A stretch of 64,000 nt of DNA, from assembly GCA_964016885.1 (NCBI GenBank), contig OZ024741.1, positions 255,502,001-255,566,000 of the forward strand. The letters run 5' to 3'. The notes below the pieces were generated by a model. It made no database searches. It was not told the DNA's origin and was given only the letters and a program-made list of their open reading frames with translations. This document shows, piece after piece, positions 25,945-40,329 of this stretch. The translations under genes and the position numbers were made by a program. This DNA comes from Eledone cirrhosa (Eukaryota). Every line of letters starts with the position of its first letter. Position 1 is the first letter of the stretch.

Positions 25945-26013
25945 AAATAACAAATAGACGCGGTTTCAAATCTCTATGCTTTTCAAATTCATTACATTAA
26001 TCTTTATTTATAC
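25945..26013 (+). repeat. 69-bp AT-rich interspersed segment
   Basis: Matches the reference copy. Confidence 0.95.
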
Positions 26014-27413
26014 GTTTCGCTTTACGAGTGTTTCGACTTACGAGTGTTTCGACATACGAGTGTTTCGACTTACGAATGTTTTTGCTTACGGGTGTTTCGA
26101 CTTACGAATGTTTTTGCTTACGAGTGTTTCGGTTTACGAGTGTTCCGACTTACGAGTGTTCCGACTTACGAGTGTTTCGGCTTACGAGTGTTTCCGGCTT
26201 ACGAGTGTTTCAACTTACGAGTGTTCTGACTTACGAGTGTTCTGACTTACGGATGTTTCGACACACGAGTGTTTCGAATTACGAGTGTTTCGACTTACGA
26301 GTGTTTTGACTTACGGGTGTTTTGACATACGAGTGTTTCGATACGAGTGTTTCGACTTACGAGTGTTCTGACTTACGAGTGTTCTGATTTACGGATGTTT
26401 CGACATACGAGTGTTTCGACTTACGAGTGTTTCGACTTATGAGTGTTTCGACTTACGAGTGTTTCGACTTACGAGTGTTTCGACTTATGAGTGTTTCGAC
26501 TTACGAGTGTTTCGGCTTACGAGTGTTTCGACTTACGAGTGTTTTGACTTACGGTGTTTCGGCTTACGAGTGTTTCGACTTACGAGTGTTTTGACTTACG
26601 GCTGTTTTGACATACGAGTGTTTCGATACGAGTGTTCTGACTTACGAGTGTTCTGACTTACGAGTGTTTTGACTTACGAGTGTTCTGACTTACGGGTGTT
26701 TCGACTTACGAGTATTTTTGGCTTACGAGTGTTTCGACTTACGAGTGTTTTGACTTACGAGTGTTCTGATTTACGGATGTTTCGACATACGAGTGTTTCG
26801 ACTTACGAATGTTTCGACTTATGAGTGTTTCGACTTACGAGTGTTTCGGCTTACGAGTGTTTCGACTTACGAGTGTTTTGACTTACGGTGTTTCGGCTTA
26901 CGAGTGTTTCGACTTACGAGTGTTTTGACTTACGGGTGTTTTGACATACGAGTGTTTCGATACGAGTGTTCTGACTTACGAGTGTTTTGACTTACGAGTG
27001 TTCTGACTTACGAGTGTTCCGACTTACGAGTGTTCCGACTTACGAGTGTTTCGGCTTACGAGTGTTTCCGGCTTACGAGTGTTTCGACTTCCGAGTGTTT
27101 TGACTTACGGTGTTTCGGCTTACGAGTGATTCGACTTACGAGTGTTTTGACTTACGAGTGTTTCGACTTACGAGTGTTCCGACTTACGGGTGTTTCGACT
27201 TACGAGTGTTTTGGCTTACGGTGTTTCGACTTACGAGTGTTTCGAGTTAAGAGTGTTTTGACTTACGAGTGTTCTGATTTACGAGTGTTCTGACTTACGA
27301 GTGTTCTAACTTACGAGTGTTCTGACTTACGAGTGTTCTGACTTACGAGTGTTCCGACTTTACGAGTGTTTCGGCTCACGAATGTTTCGGCTTACGAGTG
27401 TTTCGACTTACGA

Positions 27414-27482
27414 AAATAACAAATAGACGCGGTTTCAAATCTCTATGCTTTTCAAATTCATTACATTAATCTTTATTTATAC
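27414..27482 (+). repeat. 69-bp AT-rich interspersed segment
   Basis: Matches the reference copy; read directly from the sequence (no ORF starts here in the track). Confidence 0.95.
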
Positions 27483-29750
27483 GTTTCGCTTTACGAGTGT
27501 TTCGACTTACGAGTGTTTCGACTTCCGAGTGTTTTGACTTACGGTGTTTCGGCTTACGAGTGTTTCTGGCTTACGAGTGTTTCGACTTACGAGTGTTTCG
27601 ACTTACGAGTGTTCCGACTTACGGGTGTTTTGACATACGAGTGTTTCGATACGAGTGTTCTGACTTACGAGTGTTTTGACTTACGAGTGTTCTGACTTAC
27701 GAGTGTTCCGACTTACGAGTGTTCCGACTTACGAGTGTTTCGGCTTACGAGTGATTCGACTTACGAGTGTTTTGACTTACGGGTGATTTGACTTACTGGT
27801 GTTGTGAATTTCGAGTGTTCCGATTTACGAGTGTTTTGACTTACGGTGTTTCGGCTTACGAGTGATTCGACTTACGAATGTTTTGACTTACGGGTGTTTC
27901 GGCTTGCGAGTGTTTCGACTTACGAGTGTTTCGGCTTATGGGTGTTTCGACTTACTAATGTTTTTACTTACGAGTGTTTCGGCGTACGAGTGTTTTGACT
28001 TACGAGTGTTTCGACTTACGAGTGTTTCGACTTACGAGTGTTTCGACTTACGAGTGTTTCGGCTTACGTGAGTTTCGACTTAAGAGTGTTCTGATTTACG
28101 AGTGTTCTGACTTGCGGGTGTTCTGATTTACGAGTGTTCCGACTTACGAGTGTTTCGGCTTATTAGTGTTTCGACTTACGAGTGTTTCGGCTTACGAGTG
28201 TTTCGACTTATGGGTGTTTCGACTTACGAGTGTTTTTACTTACGGTGTTTCGGCTTACGAGTGTTTCGACATACGAGTGTTTTGACTTACGGGTGTTTCG
28301 ACTTACGAGTGTTTTGACTTACGAATGTTTTGACTTACGGGTGTTTCGGCTTACGAGTGTTTCGACTTACGATTGTTTCGACTTACGAGTCTTTCGGCTT
28401 ACGAGTGTTTCGACTTACTAATGTTCTTACGAGTGTTTCGGCGTACGAGAGTTTTGACTTACGAGTGTTTCGACTGACGAGTGTTTCGACTTACGAGTGT
28501 TTTGACTTACGAATGTTTTGACTTACGGGTGTTTCGGCTGACGATTGTTTCGACTTACGAGTCTTTCGGCTTACGAGTGTTTCGACTTACTAATGTTTTT
28601 ACTTACGAGTGTTTCGGCGTACGAGTGTTTCGACTTACGAGTGTTTCGACTTACGGGTGTTTTGACTTACGGGTGTTTCGGCTTACGAGTGTTTTGACTT
28701 ACGAGTGTTTTGACTTAAGGGTGTTTCGACTTACGAGTATTTTTGGCTTACGAGTGTTTCGACTTACGAGTGTTTTGACTTACGAGTGTTCTGATTTACG
28801 GATGTTTCGACATACGAGTGTTTCGACTTACGAGTGTTTCGACTTATGAGTGTTTCGACTTACGAGTGTTTCGGCTTATGAGTGTTTCGACTTACGATTG
28901 CTTCGGCTTACGAGTGTTTCGACTTACGAGTATTTCGGCTTACGAGTGTTTCGACGTACGAATGTTTTGGCTTACGAGTGTTTCGGCTTATGAGTGTTTC
29001 GGCTTACGAGTGTTTCGACTTACGAGTGTTTCGGCTTACGAGTGTTTCAGTGTTTCGGCTTACGTGTGTTTCGACTTACGAGTGTTTCGACTTACGAGTG
29101 TTTTGACTTACGAGTGTTCTGATTTACGGATGTTTCGACATACGAGTGTTTCGACTTACGAGTGTTTCGACTTATGAGTGTTTCGACTTACGAGTGTTTC
29201 GACTTACGAGTGTTTCGGCTTGTGATTGTTTCGACTTACGAGTGTTTTGACTTACGGTGTTTCAGCTTACGAGTGTTTCGACTTACGAGTGTTCTGACTT
29301 ACGAGTGTTCTGAGTTACGAGTGTTTTGACTTACGAGTGTTCTGACTTACGAGTGTTCCGACTTACGAGTGTTCCGACTTACGAGTGTTTCGGCTTACGA
29401 GTGTTTTGACTTAAGGGTGTTTCGACTTACGAGTGTTTCGATACGAGTGTTTCGACTTACGAGTGTTTCGGCTTACGAGTGTTTCGACTTACGAGTGTTT
29501 CGACTTACGAGTGTTCCGACTTACGGGTGTTTCGACTTACGAGTGTATTGGCTTACGGTGTTTCGACTTACGAGTGTTTCGAGTTAAGAGTGTTTTGACA
29601 TACGAGTGTTCTGATTTACGAGTGTTCTGACTTACGAGTGTTCTGACTTACGAGTGTTCTGACTTACGAGTGTTCTGACTTACGAGTGTTCCGACTTTAC
29701 GAGTGTTTCGGCTCACGAGTGTTTCGGCTTACGAGTGTTTCGACTTACGA

Positions 29751-30078
29751 AAATAACAAATAGACGCGGTTTCAAATCTCTATGCTTTTCAAATTCATTA
29801 CATTAATCTTTATTTATACGTTTCGCTTTACGAGTGTTTCGACTTACGAGTGTTTCGACATACGAGTGTTTCGGCTTACGAGTGTTTTGATTTACGAGTG
29901 TTTTGACTTACGGGTGCTTCGACTTACGCGTGTTTCGACTTACGAGTGTTTCGACTTACGAGTGTTTCGACTTACGAGTGTTTCGGCTTACGAGTGTTTC
30001 GACTTACGAAAATAACAAATAGACGCGGTTTCAAATCTCTATGCTTTTCCAATTCATTACATTAATCTTTATTTATAC
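29751..30078 (+). repeat. Doublet of 69-bp segments (29751-29819 and 30010-30078)
   Basis: 259-bp spacing, CCAATTC second copy. Confidence 0.95.
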
Positions 30079-33000
30079 GTTTCGCTTTACGAGTGTTTCG
30101 ACTTACGAGTGTTTTGACTTACGAATGTTTTGACTTACGATTGTTTCGGCTTACGAGTGTTTCGACTTACGAGTGTTCTGACTACGAGTGTTCTGACTTA
30201 CGGGTGTTCTGACTTACGAGTGTTCCGACTTACGAGTGTTTCGGCTTATGAGTGTTTCGACTTACGAGTGCTTCGACTTACGAGTGTTTCGGCTTACGGG
30301 TGTTTTGACTTACGAATGTTTTTGCTTACGAGTGTTTCGGCTTACGAGTGTTTCGGCTTATGAGTGTTTCGACTTACGAGTGTTTTGACTTACGGGTGTT
30401 TTGACATACGAGTGTTTCGATACGATTGTTCTGACTTACGAGTGTTTCCGCTTACGAGTGTTTCGGCTTACGAGTGTTTCGACTTACTAATGTTTTTACT
30501 TACGAGTGTTTCGGTGTACGAGTGTTTCGACTTAAGGATGTTTCGACTTACGAGTGTTTCGACTTACGAGTGTTTCGACTTACGAGTGTTTCGACTTACG
30601 AGTGTTTCGGCTTATGAGTGTTTCGACTTACGGGCGTTTCGACTTACGGGTGTTTCGACTTACGAGTGTTTTGGCTTACGAATGTTTTGACTTACGGGTG
30701 TTTCGACTTACGAGTGTTTCGACTTATGAGTGTTTGGACTTACGAGTGTTTCGGCTTATGAGTGTTTCGACTTACGAGTGCTTCGGCTTACGAGTGTTTC
30801 GACTGACGAGTATTTCGGCTTACGAGTGTTTCGACGTACGAATGTTTTGGCTTACGAGTGTTTCGGCTTATGAGTGTTTCGGCTTACGAGTGTTTCGACT
30901 TACGAGGGTTTCGGCTTACGAGTGTTTCAGTGTTTCGGCTTACGTGTGTTTCGACTTACGAGTGTTTCGACTTACGACTGTTTCGGCTTACGAGTGTTTC
31001 GGCTTACGAGTGTTTCGGCTTACGAGTGTTTTGACTTACGATTGTTTGGCTTACGAGTGTTCTGACTTACGGGTGTTCTGACTTACGAGTGTTCCGACTT
31101 ACGAGTGTTTCGGCTTATGAGGGTTTCGACTTACGAGTGCTTCGGCTTACGAGTGTTTCGACTTAAGAGTGTTTCGGCTTACGAGTGTTTCGACTTACGA
31201 GTGTTTTGACTTACGGTGTTTCGGCTTACGAGTGTTTCGACATACGAGTGTTTTGACGTACGGGTGTTTCGACTTACGGGTCTTTCGACTTAAGAGTTTT
31301 TCGACTTACGAGCGCTTCGACTTACGAGTGTTTCGACTTACGAGTGTTTCGGCGTATGAGTGTTTTGACTTACGAGTGTTTCGACTTACGAGTGTTTCGA
31401 CTTACGAGTGTTTCGAATTACGAGTGTTTCGACTTACGAGTGTTTTGACTTACGAGTGTTTTGACTTACGGTGTTTCTGCTTACGAGTGTTTCGACTTTC
31501 GAGTGTTATGACTTACGGGTGTTTTGACATACGAGTGTTTCGACTTACGAGTCTTACGGCTTACGAGTGTTTCGACTTACTAATGTTTTTACTTACGAGT
31601 GTTTCGGCGTACGAGTGTTTCGACTTCCGAGTGTTTCGACTTACAGGTGTTTTGACTTACGGGTGTTTCGGCTTACGAGTGTTTTGACTTACGAGTGTTT
31701 TGACTTAAGGGTGTTTCGACTTACGAGTATTTTTGGCTTACGAGTGTTTCGACTTACGAGTGTTTTGACTTACGAGTGTTCTGATTTACGGATGTTTCGA
31801 CACACGAGTGTTTCGAATTACGAGTGTTTCGACTTACGAGTGTTTTGACTTACGGGTGTTTTGACATACGAGTGTTTCGATACGAGTGTTTCGACTTATG
31901 AGTGTTTCGACTTACGAGTGTTCTGACTTACGAGTGTTCTGACTTACGAGTGTTCTGATTTACGGATGTTTCGACACACGAGTGTTTCGATACGAGTGTT
32001 TCGACTTACGAGTGTTTCGACTTATGAGTGTTTCGACTTACGAGTGTTCTGACTTACGAGTGTTCTGACTTACGAGTGTTCCGACTTACGAGTGTTTCGG
32101 TTTACGAGTGTTTCGACATACGAGTGTTTTGACTTACGGGTGTTTCGACTTACGGGTGTTTCGACTTACGAGTGTTTTGGCTTACGAGTGTTTCGACTTA
32201 CTAATGTTTTTACTTACGAGTGTTTCGGTGTACGAATGTTTTGACTTAAGGATGTTTCGACTTACGAGTGTTTCGACTTACGAGTGTTTCGGCTTACGTG
32301 AGTTTCGACTTAAGATTGTTCTGATTTACGAGTGTTCTGACTTACGAGTGTTTCGGCTTATGAGTGTTTCGACTTACGAGTGTTTCGGCTTACGAGTGTT
32401 TCGACTTATGGGTGTTTCGACTTACGAGTGTTTTTACTTACGGTGTTTCGGCTTACGAGTGTTTCGACATACGAGTGTTTTGACTTACGTGTGTTTCGGC
32501 TTACGAGTGTTTCGACTTACGAGTGTTTTGACTTACGGGTGTTTCGACTTACGAGTATTTTTGGCTTACGAGTGTTTCGACTTACGGTGTTTCGGCTTAC
32601 GAGTGTTTCGACTTACGAGTGTTTTGACTTACGGGTGTTTTGACATACGAGTATTTCGATACGAGTGTTCTGACTTACGAGTGTTCTGACTTACGAGTGT
32701 TTTGACTTACGAGTGTTCTGACTTACGAGTGTTCCGACTTACGAGTGTTCCGACTTACGAGTGTTTCGGCTTACGAGTGTTTACGGCTTACGAGTGTTTC
32801 GACTTCCGAGTGTTTTGACTTACGGTGTTTCGGCTTACGAGTGATTCGACTTACGAGTGTTTTGACTTACGGGTGATTTGACTTACGGGTGTTGTGAATT
32901 ACGAGCGTTGCGATTTACTAGTGTTTTGACTTACGGTGTTTCGGCTTACGAGTGATTCGACTTACGAATGTTTTGACTTACGGCTGTTTCGGCTTGCGAG

Positions 33001-36000
33001 TGTTTCGACTTACGAGTGTTTCGGCTTATGGGTGTTTCGACTTACTAATGTTTTTACTTACGAGTGTTTCGGCGTACGAGTGTTTTGACTTACGAGTGTT
33101 TCGACTTACGAGTGTTTCGACTGACGAGTGTTTCGGCTTACGTGAGTTTCGACTTAAGAGTGTTCTGATTTACGAGTGTTCTGACTTGCGGGTGTTCTGA
33201 TTTACGAGTGTTCCGACTTACGAGTGTTTCGGCTTATTAGTGTTTCGACTTACGAGTGTTTCGGCTTACGAGTGTTTCGACTTATGGGTGTTTCGACTTA
33301 CGAGTGTTTTTACTTACGGTGTTTCGGCTTACGAGTGTTTCGACATACGAGTGTTTTGACTTACGGGTGTTTCGACTTACGAGTGTTTTGACTTACGAAT
33401 GTTTTGACTTACGGGTGTTTCGGCTTACGAGTGTTTCGACTTACGAGTGTTTCGGCTTACGAGTGTTTCGACTTACTAATGTTCTTACTTACGAATGTTT
33501 CGGCGTACGAGAGTTTTGACTTACGAGTGTTTCGACTTACGAGTGTTTCGACTTACGAGTGTTTTAACTTACGAATGTTTTGACTTACGGGTGTTTCGGC
33601 TTACGAGTGTTTCGACTTACGAGTCTTTCGGCTTACGAGTGTTTCGACTTACTAATGTTTTTACTTACGAGTGTTTCGGCGTAGAGTGTTTCGACTTACG
33701 AGTGTTTCGACTTACGGGTGTTTTGACTTACGGGTGTTTCGGCTTACGAGTGTTTTGACTTACGAGTGTTTTGACTTAAGGGTGTTTCGACTTACGAGTA
33801 TTTTTGGCTTACGAGTGTTTCGACTTACGAGTGTTTTGACTTACGAGTGTTCTGATTTACGGATGTTTCGACATACGAGTGTTTCGACTTACGAGTGTTT
33901 CGACTTATGACTGTTTCGACTTACGAGTGTTTCGGCTTATGAGTGTTTCGACTTACGAGTGCTTCGGCTTACGAGTGTTTCGACTTACGAGTATTTCGGC
34001 TTTCGAGTGTTTCGACGTAAGAATGTTTTGGCTTACGAGTGTTTCGGCTTATGAGTGTTTCGGCTTACGAGTGTTTCGACTTACGAGTGTTTCGGCTTAC
34101 GAGTGTTTCAGTGTTTCGGCTTACGTGTGTTTCGACTTACGAGTGTTTCGACTTACGACTGTTTCGGCTTACGAGTGTTTCGGCTTACGAGTGTTTCGAC
34201 TTACGAGTGTTTTGACTTACGAATGTTTTGACTTACGGGTGTTTCGGCTTACGAGTGTTTCGACTTACGAGTCTTTCGGCTTACGAGTGTTTCGACTTAC
34301 TAATGTTTTTACTTACGAGTGTTTCGGCGTACGAGTGTTTCGACTTACGAGTGTTTCGACTTACGGGTGTTTTGACTTACGGGTGTTTCGGCTTACGAGT
34401 GTTTTGACTTACGAGTGTTTTGACTTACGAGTGTTCTGATTTACGGATGTTTCGACATACGAGTGTTTCGACTTACGAGTGTTTCGACTTACTAATGTTC
34501 TTACTTACGAGTGTTTCGGCGTACGAGAGTTTTGACTTACGAGTGTTTCGACTTACGAGTGTTTCGACTTACGAGTGTTTTGACTTACGAATGTTTTGAC
34601 TTACGGGTGTTTCGGCTAACGAGTGTTTCGACTTACGAGTCTTTCGGCTTACGAGTGTTTCGACTTACTAATGTTTTTACTTACGAGTGTTTCGGCGTAC
34701 GAGTGTTTCGACTTACGAGTGTTTCGACTTACGGGTGTTTTGACTTACGGGTGTTTCGGCTTACGAGTGTTTTGACTTACGAGTGTTTTGACTTAAGGTT
34801 GTTTCGACTGACGAGTATTTTTGGCTTACGAGTGTTTCGACTTACGAGTTTTTGACTTACGAGTGTTCTGATTCACGGATGTTTCGACATACGAGTGTTT
34901 CGACTTACGAGTGTTTCGACTTATGAGTGTTTCGACTTACGAGTGTTTCGGCTTATGAGTGTTTCGACTTACGAGTGCTTCGGCTTACGAGTGTTTCGAC
35001 TTACGAGTATTTCGGCTTACGAGTGTTTCGACGTACGAATGTTTTGGCTTACGAGTGTTTCGGCTTATGAGTGTTTCGGCTTACGAGTGTTTCGACTTAC
35101 GAGTGTTTCGGCTTACGAGTGTTTCAGTGTTTCGGCTTACGTGTGTTTCGACTTACGATTGTTTCGACTTACGACTGTTTCGGCTTACGAGTGTTTCGGC
35201 TTGCGAGTGTTTTAGGCTTACGAGTGTTTTGACTTACGAGTGTTTTGACTTACGATTGTTTGGCTTACGAGTGTTCTGACTTACGGGTGTTCTGACTTTC
35301 GAATGTTCCGACTTACGAGTGTTTCGGCTTATGAGGGTTTCGACTTACGAGTGCTTCGGCTTACGAGTGTTTCGACTTACGAGTGTTTCGGCTTACGAGT
35401 GTTTCGACTTACGAGTGTTTCGACTTACGAGTGTTTTGACTTACGGTGTTTCGGCTTACGAGTGTTTCGACATACGAGTGTTTTGACGTACGGGTGTTTC
35501 GACTTACGGGTCTTTCGACTTAAGAGTGTTTCGACTTACGAGCGCTTCGACTTACGAGTGTTTCGACTTACGAGTGTTTCGGCGTATGAGTGTTTTGACT
35601 TACGAGTGTTTCGACTTACGAGTGTTTCGAATTACGAGTGTTTCGACTTACGAGTGTTTTGACTTACGAGTGTTTTGACTTCGGTGTTTCTGCTTACGAG
35701 TGTTTCGACTTACGAGTGATATGACTTACGGGTGTTTTCACATACGAGTGTTTCGACTTACGAGTGTTTTGACTTACGGGTGTTTTGACATACGAGTGTT
35801 TCGATACGAGTGTTCTGACTTACGAGTGTTCTGACTTACGAGTGTTCTGACTTACGAGTGTTTCGACATACGAGTGTTTTGACTTACGGGTGTTTCGACT
35901 TACGAGTGTTTTCACTTACGAATGTTTTGACTTACGGGTGTTTCGGCTTACGAGTGTTTCGACTTACGAGTGTTTCGGCTTACGAGTGTTTCGACTTACT

Positions 36001-37053
36001 AATATTTTTACTTACGAGTGTTTCGGCGTACGAGAGTTTTGACTTACGCGTGTTTCGACTTACGAGTGTTTCGACTTACGAGTATTTTGACTTACGAATG
36101 TTTTGACTTACGGGTGTTTCGGCTTACGAGTGTTTCGACTTACGAGTCTTTCGGCTTACGAGTGTTTCGACTTACTAATGTTTTTACTTACGAGTGTTTC
36201 GGCGTACGAGTGTTTCGACTTCCGAGTGTTTCGACTTACGGGTGTTTTGACTGACGGGTGTATCGGCTTACGAGTGTTTTGACTTACGAGTGTTTTGACT
36301 TAAGGGTGTTTCGACTTACGAGTATTTTTGGCTTACGAGTGTTTCGACTTACGAGTGTTTTGACTTACGAGTGTTCTGATTTACGGATGTTTCGACATAC
36401 GAGTGTTTCGACTTACGAGTGTTTCGACTTATGAGTGTTTCGACTTACGAGTGTTTCGACTTACGAGTGTTTCGGCTTGTGATTGTTTCGACTTACGAGT
36501 GTTTTGACTTACGGTGTTTCAGCTTACGAGTGTTTCGACTTACGAGTGTTTTGACTTACGGGTGTTTTGACATACGAGTGTTTCGATACGAGTGTTCTGA
36601 CTTACGAGTGTTCTGACTTACGAGTGTTTTGACTTACGAGTGTTCTGACTTACGAGTGTTCCGACTTACGAGTGTTCCGACTTACGAGTGTTTCGGCTTA
36701 CGAGTGTTTTGACTTAAGGGTGTTTCGACTTACGAGTGTTTCGATACGAGTGTTTCGACTTACGAGTGTTTCGGCTTACGAGTGTTTCGACTTGCGAGTG
36801 TTTCGACTTACGAGTGTTCCGACTTACGGGTGTTTCGACTTACGAGTGTTTTGGCTTACGGTGTTTCGACTTACGAGTGTTTCGAGTTAAGAGTGTTTTG
36901 ACTTACGAGTGTTCTGATTTACGAGTGTTCTGACTTACGAGTGTTCTGACTTACGAGTGTTCTGACTTACGAGTGTTCTGACTTACGAGTGTTCCGACTT
37001 TACGAGTGTTTCGGCTCACGAATGTTTCGGCTTACGAGTGTTTCGACTTACGA

Positions 37054-37122
37054 AAATAACAAATAGACGCGGTTTCAAATCTCTATGCTTTTCAAATTCA
37101 TTACATTAATCTTTATTTATAC
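37054..37122 (+). repeat. 69-bp AT-rich interspersed segment
   Basis: Matches the reference copy. Confidence 0.95.
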
Positions 37123-40100
37123 GTTTCGCTTTACGAGTGTTTCGACTTACGAGTGTTTCGACATACGAGTGTTTCGACTTACGAATGTTTTTGCTTACGG
37201 GTGTTTCGACTTACGAATGTTTTTGCTTACGAGTGTTTCGGTTTACGAGTGTTCCGACTTACGAGTGTTCCGACTTACGAGTGTTTCGGCTTACGAGTGT
37301 TTCCGGCTTACGAGTGTTTTGACTTACGGGTGTTTTGACATACGAGTGTTTCGATACGAGTGTTTCGACTTACGAGTGTTCTGACTTACGAGTGTTCTGA
37401 TTTACGGATGTTTCGACATACGAGTGTTTCGACTTACGAGTGTTTCGACTTATGAGTGTTTCGACTTACGAGTGTTTCGGCTTACGAGTGTTTCGACTTA
37501 CGAGTGTTTTGACTTACGGTGTTTCGGCTTACGAGTGTTTCGACTTACGAGTGTTTTGACTTACGGGTGTTTTGACATACGAGTGTTTCGATACGAGTGT
37601 TCTGACTTACGAGTGTTCTGACTTACGAGTGTTCTGACTTACGAGTGTTCTGACTTACGAGTGTTCTGATTTACGGATGTTTCGACATACGAGTGTTTCG
37701 ACTTACGAGTGTTTCGACGTATGAGTGTTTCGACTTACGAGTGTTTCGGCTTACGAGTGTTTCGACTTACGAGTGTTTTGACTTACGGTGTTTCGGCTTA
37801 CGAGTGTTTCGACTTACGAGTGTTTTGACTTACGGGTGTTTTGACATACGAGTGTTTCGATACGAGTGTTCTGACTTACGAGTGTTCTGACTTACGAGTG
37901 TTTTGACTTACGAGTGTTCTGACTTACGGGTGTTTCGACTTACGAGTATTTTTGGCTTACGAGTGTTTCGACTTACGAGTGTTTTGACTTACGAGTGTTC
38001 TGATTTACGGATGTTTCGACATACGAGTGTTTCGACTTACGAATGTTTCGACTTATGAGTGTTTCGACTTACGGTGTTTCGGCTTACGAGTGTTTCGACT
38101 TACGAGTGTTTTGACTTACGGGTGTTTTGACATACGAGTGTTTCGATACGAGTGTTCTGACTTACGAGTGTTCTGACTTACGAGTGTTTTGACTTACGAG
38201 TGTTCTGACTTACGAGTGTTCCGACTTACGAGTGTTCCGACTTACGAGTGTTTCGGCTTACGAGTGTTTCCGGCTTACGAGTGTTTCGACTTCCGAGTGT
38301 TTTGACTTACGGTGTTTCGGCTTACGAGTGATTCGACTTACGAGTGTTTTGACTTACGGGTGTTTCGACTTACGGGTGTTGTGAATTTCGAGTGTTCCGA
38401 TTTACGAGTGTTTTGACTTACGGTGTTTCGGCTTACGAGTGATTCGACTTACGAATGTTTTGACTTACGGGTGTTTCGGCTTGCGAGTGTTTCGACTTAC
38501 GAGTGTTTCGGCTTATGGGTGTTTCGACTTACTAATGTTTTTACTTACGAGTGTTTCGGCGTACGAGTGTTTTGACTTACGAGTGTTTCGACTTACGAGT
38601 GTTTCGACTTACGAGTGTTTCGACTTACGAGTGTTTCGGCTTACGTGAGTTTCGACTTAAGAGTGTTCTGATTTACGAGTGTTCTGACTTGCGGGTGTTC
38701 TGATTTACGAGTGTTCCGACTTACGAGTGTTTCGGCTTATTAGTGTTTCGACTTATGGGTGTTTCGACTTGCGAGTGTTTTTACTTACGGTGTTTCGGCT
38801 TACGAGTGTTTCGACATACGAGTGTTTTGACTTACGGGTGTTTCGACTTACGAGTGTTTTGACTTACGAATGTTTTGACTTACGGGTGTTTCGGCTTACG
38901 AGTGTTTCGACTTACGAGTGTTTAGGCTTACGAGTGTTTCGACTTACTAATGTTCTTACGAGTGTTTCGGCGTACGAGAGTTTTGACTTACGAGTGTTTC
39001 GACTGACGAGTGTTTCGACTTACGAGTGTTTTGACTTACGAATGTTTTGACTTACGGGTGTTTCGGCTGACGATTGTTTCGACTTACGAGTCTTTCGGCT
39101 TACGAGTGTTTCGACTTACTAATGTTTTTACTTACGAGTGTTTCGGCGTACGAGTGTTTCGACTTACGAGTGTTTCGACTTACGGGTGTTTTGACTTACG
39201 GGTGTTTCGGCTTACGAGTGTTTTGACTTACGAGTGTTTTGACTTACGAGTGTTCTGATTTACGGATGTTTCGACATACGAGTGTTTCGACTTACGAGTG
39301 TTTCGACTTATGAGTGTTTCGACTTACGAGTGTTTCGGCTTATGAGTGTTTCGACTTACGATTGCTTCGGCTTACGAGTGTTTCGACTTACGAGTATTTC
39401 GGCTTACGAGTGTTTCGACGTACGAATGTTTTGGCTTACGAGTGTTTCGGCTTATGAGTGTTTCGGCTTACGAGTGTTTCGACTTACGAGTGTTTCGGCT
39501 TACGAGTGTTTCAGTGTTTCGGCTTACGTGTGTTTCGACTTACGAGTGTTTCGACTTACGAGTGTTTTGACTTACGAGTGTTCTGATTTACGGATGTTTC
39601 GACATACGAGTGTTTCGACTTACGAGTGTTTCGACTTATGAGTGTTTCGACTTACGAGTGTTTCGACTTACGAGTGTTTCGGCTTGTGATTGTTTCGACT
39701 TACGAGTGTTTTGACTTACGGTGTTTCAGCTTACGAGTGTTTCGACTTACGAGTGTTTTGACTTACGGGTGTTTTGACATACGAGTGTTTCGATATGAGT
39801 GTTCTGACTTACGAGTGTTCTGAGTTACGAGTGTTTTGACTTACGAGTGTTCTGACTTACGAGTGTTCCGACTTACGAGTGTTCCGTCTTACGAGTGTTT
39901 CGGCTTACGAGTGTTTTGACTTAAGGGTGTTTCGACTTACGAGTGTTTCGATACGAGTGTTTCGACTTACGAGTGTTTCGGCTTACGAGTGTTTCGACTT
40001 ACGAGTGTTTCGACTTACGAGTGTTCCGACTTACGGGTGTTTCGACTTACGAGTGTTTTGGCTTACGGTGTTTCGACTTACGAGTGTTTCGATTTAAGAG

Positions 40101-40260
40101 TGTTTTGACTTACGAGTGTTCTGATTTACGAGTGTTCTGACTTACGAGTGTTCTGACTTACGAGTGTTCTAACTTACGAGTGTTCTGACTTACGAGTGTT
40201 CCGACTTTACGAGTGTTTCGGCTCACGAGTGTTTCGGCTTACGAGTGTTTCGACTTACGA

Positions 40261-40329
40261 AAATAACAAATAGACGCGGTTTCAAATCTCTATGCTTTTT
40301 AAATTCATTACATTAATCTTTATTAATAC
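40261..40329 (+). repeat. 69-bp AT-rich interspersed segment (TTTTTAAATTC / TATTAATAC variant)
   Basis: Two substitutions relative to the reference; the same variant occurs at 54786. Confidence 0.95.
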